Shown here: positions 62,573 through 64,000 of the stretch, piece after piece
Position numbering within the stretch: the first letter of the stretch is position 1
Layout of the letters: the number at the start of each line of letters is the position of its first letter
Source: Phoronis australis
Lineage: Eukaryota; Animalia; Phoronida
Length of the DNA: 64,000 bases
Assembly (NCBI GenBank): GCA_002633005.1
Contig: NMRA01000092.1
Span: 891,446 to 955,445, forward strand
Direction: 5' to 3'
Translations under genes and position numbers: made by a program
The notes under the pieces: generated by a model
Seen by the model: only the letters and a program-made list of their open reading frames with translations
The model's database searches: none
What the model was told of the DNA's origin: nothing

Positions 62573-64000
62573 AAGTTGTTTACTTTATACGAGATGCCTT
62601 TAAGTGAACGTTCCTGTGTGGGTAAGACTGTGGATGCAAATGTGCAGCAAGTCATGGCCCAACAACTACGTGCAAATGAAGAGATTGACCAGTGCACAGT
62701 TCAGGCTGCTAATCCATTTAATGCTGAAGCAAATCGGATTGCAATGAAAGGAGTAAGTAACTGCATGAAGGATATCATTTATTATTGCCATGGATGACTT
62801 CGTAAAGCTGGTCTGTGTTTTTACTCCAGTTGGTGAAAACGAGCTTTATGCCTGTTCAGTCCGATTATCAAATTATACCATTCCGTGTACGACTGATACT
62901 AATTTAAAGAGCGCCGTGGAACAGCTGAAAAGGAGCATAAATACACATAGTATTGTTGATACGGCGTTTGTTCTATTAACTCTAGTTTTGTCATCAAAAA
63001 TAACGCGTAATGATTGGCTACTGAAGTTTCTCGTAAGTTGATAGAAAAGTCAGAAAGGAAGCGGACGTCTCTACATCAAACAACTAGTTGCAAATTGTGT
63101 CGAGGCACCACTGTGACAATCGGAGTATCCGAGACAACTAAGACACTAGTCTCTATGGTTTTGTCACTATGAATATATCGATATTTTTTCTGAAAGAATT
63201 CCAAGGAGAGAGTTTCTTTTGAAGACCGTTGTCTGGATTTCGCGGCCAGCAGTAAAAGTTTCTTGCATCACACCCCCTAAATTGTGGTTTTTACCAATAC
63301 ACATTTCGGCACCGTAATAAAGTGAATTTTGTAAATATGCTCTACAGCCAAAAAGGTCAAATGCATACATTTAAACGCCTAACGTGTGCAGCGTGTCCAG
63401 GTCTATTAAGGGACCCTTACTCGTTAAATTCTAGTGTTGAAATACTAAGTACACAGATTTCTGGTGGTGTCCTCCCCGAGGTTTGCCCCACAAACAGTAC
63501 GCCCATGAAAGTGCGAAATTGGCGACGACCACGGTATGGAAGAGGTGGGCATATGGAGAATCTGAAATTTGGTTCCACGATTAGAGCAAAATTTTGACAA
63601 AGTCGAATACTGTAAGTGCCCCCTCCCATATTCTTATCTTCCTTCTGGCCGGCAGCGTGATGTCACCCCTTTCACAACAAAAATCTGGATAAAGTTGAGA
63701 TGTGCGCTAAGTGCCTGCGGGCATTGGGTTGAATTCAAAGTCACCATATTCTCAATGTGACAACAACTGACCAAATCAGTTTGGGATGAAATCCATAACG
63801 CGAATAGTATCATGCACGTACCCAGCCTTCAATTTGGGGGGCTCGAATTCCTGACTTGTGCACCTTTTGGTAACAAAAACGCGGGCTTACTGAAAAAAAA
63901 AACGGGGGCACCACTGTGAATTGCGCGTTTGTGCTTATTTAGGGGACTTTTGTCACATTTTCTCGGACATTTTGTTTCTCAGAGGCGGACCTTTGTGCCC

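Overview
Eukaryotic, AT-rich, intron-rich genomic DNA. The gene and repeat content fit an invertebrate metazoan, probably a mollusc or other lophotrochozoan (inference). There is no CRISPR array, rRNA or prokaryotic operon. Three spliced protein-coding genes could be reconstructed by hand with consistent exon phases. (1) A 5'-incomplete TTC31-like gene on + (16 exons, 1304-17561, 555 aa visible) combining a probable J-domain tail, charged helix, TPRs, UBA, RRM and a CCCH zinc finger. (2) DCAF10/WDR32 on - (6 coding exons, 34007-25741, 500 aa). (3) An unassigned secreted Gly/Met/Gln-rich protein on - (44597-39862, 427 aa) with TATA/Inr promoter, signal peptide, 8 N-glycosylation sequons, a (GGGQM)n array and a C-terminal G-KRK. 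The rest is introns and intergenic DNA containing Helentron-type HINEs, several MITE families (one with 5-bp TSDs), a decayed L1/Tx1 LINE, minisatellites and a probable decayed spliced gene between genes 1 and 2. Family names rest on remembered motifs, not database searches.
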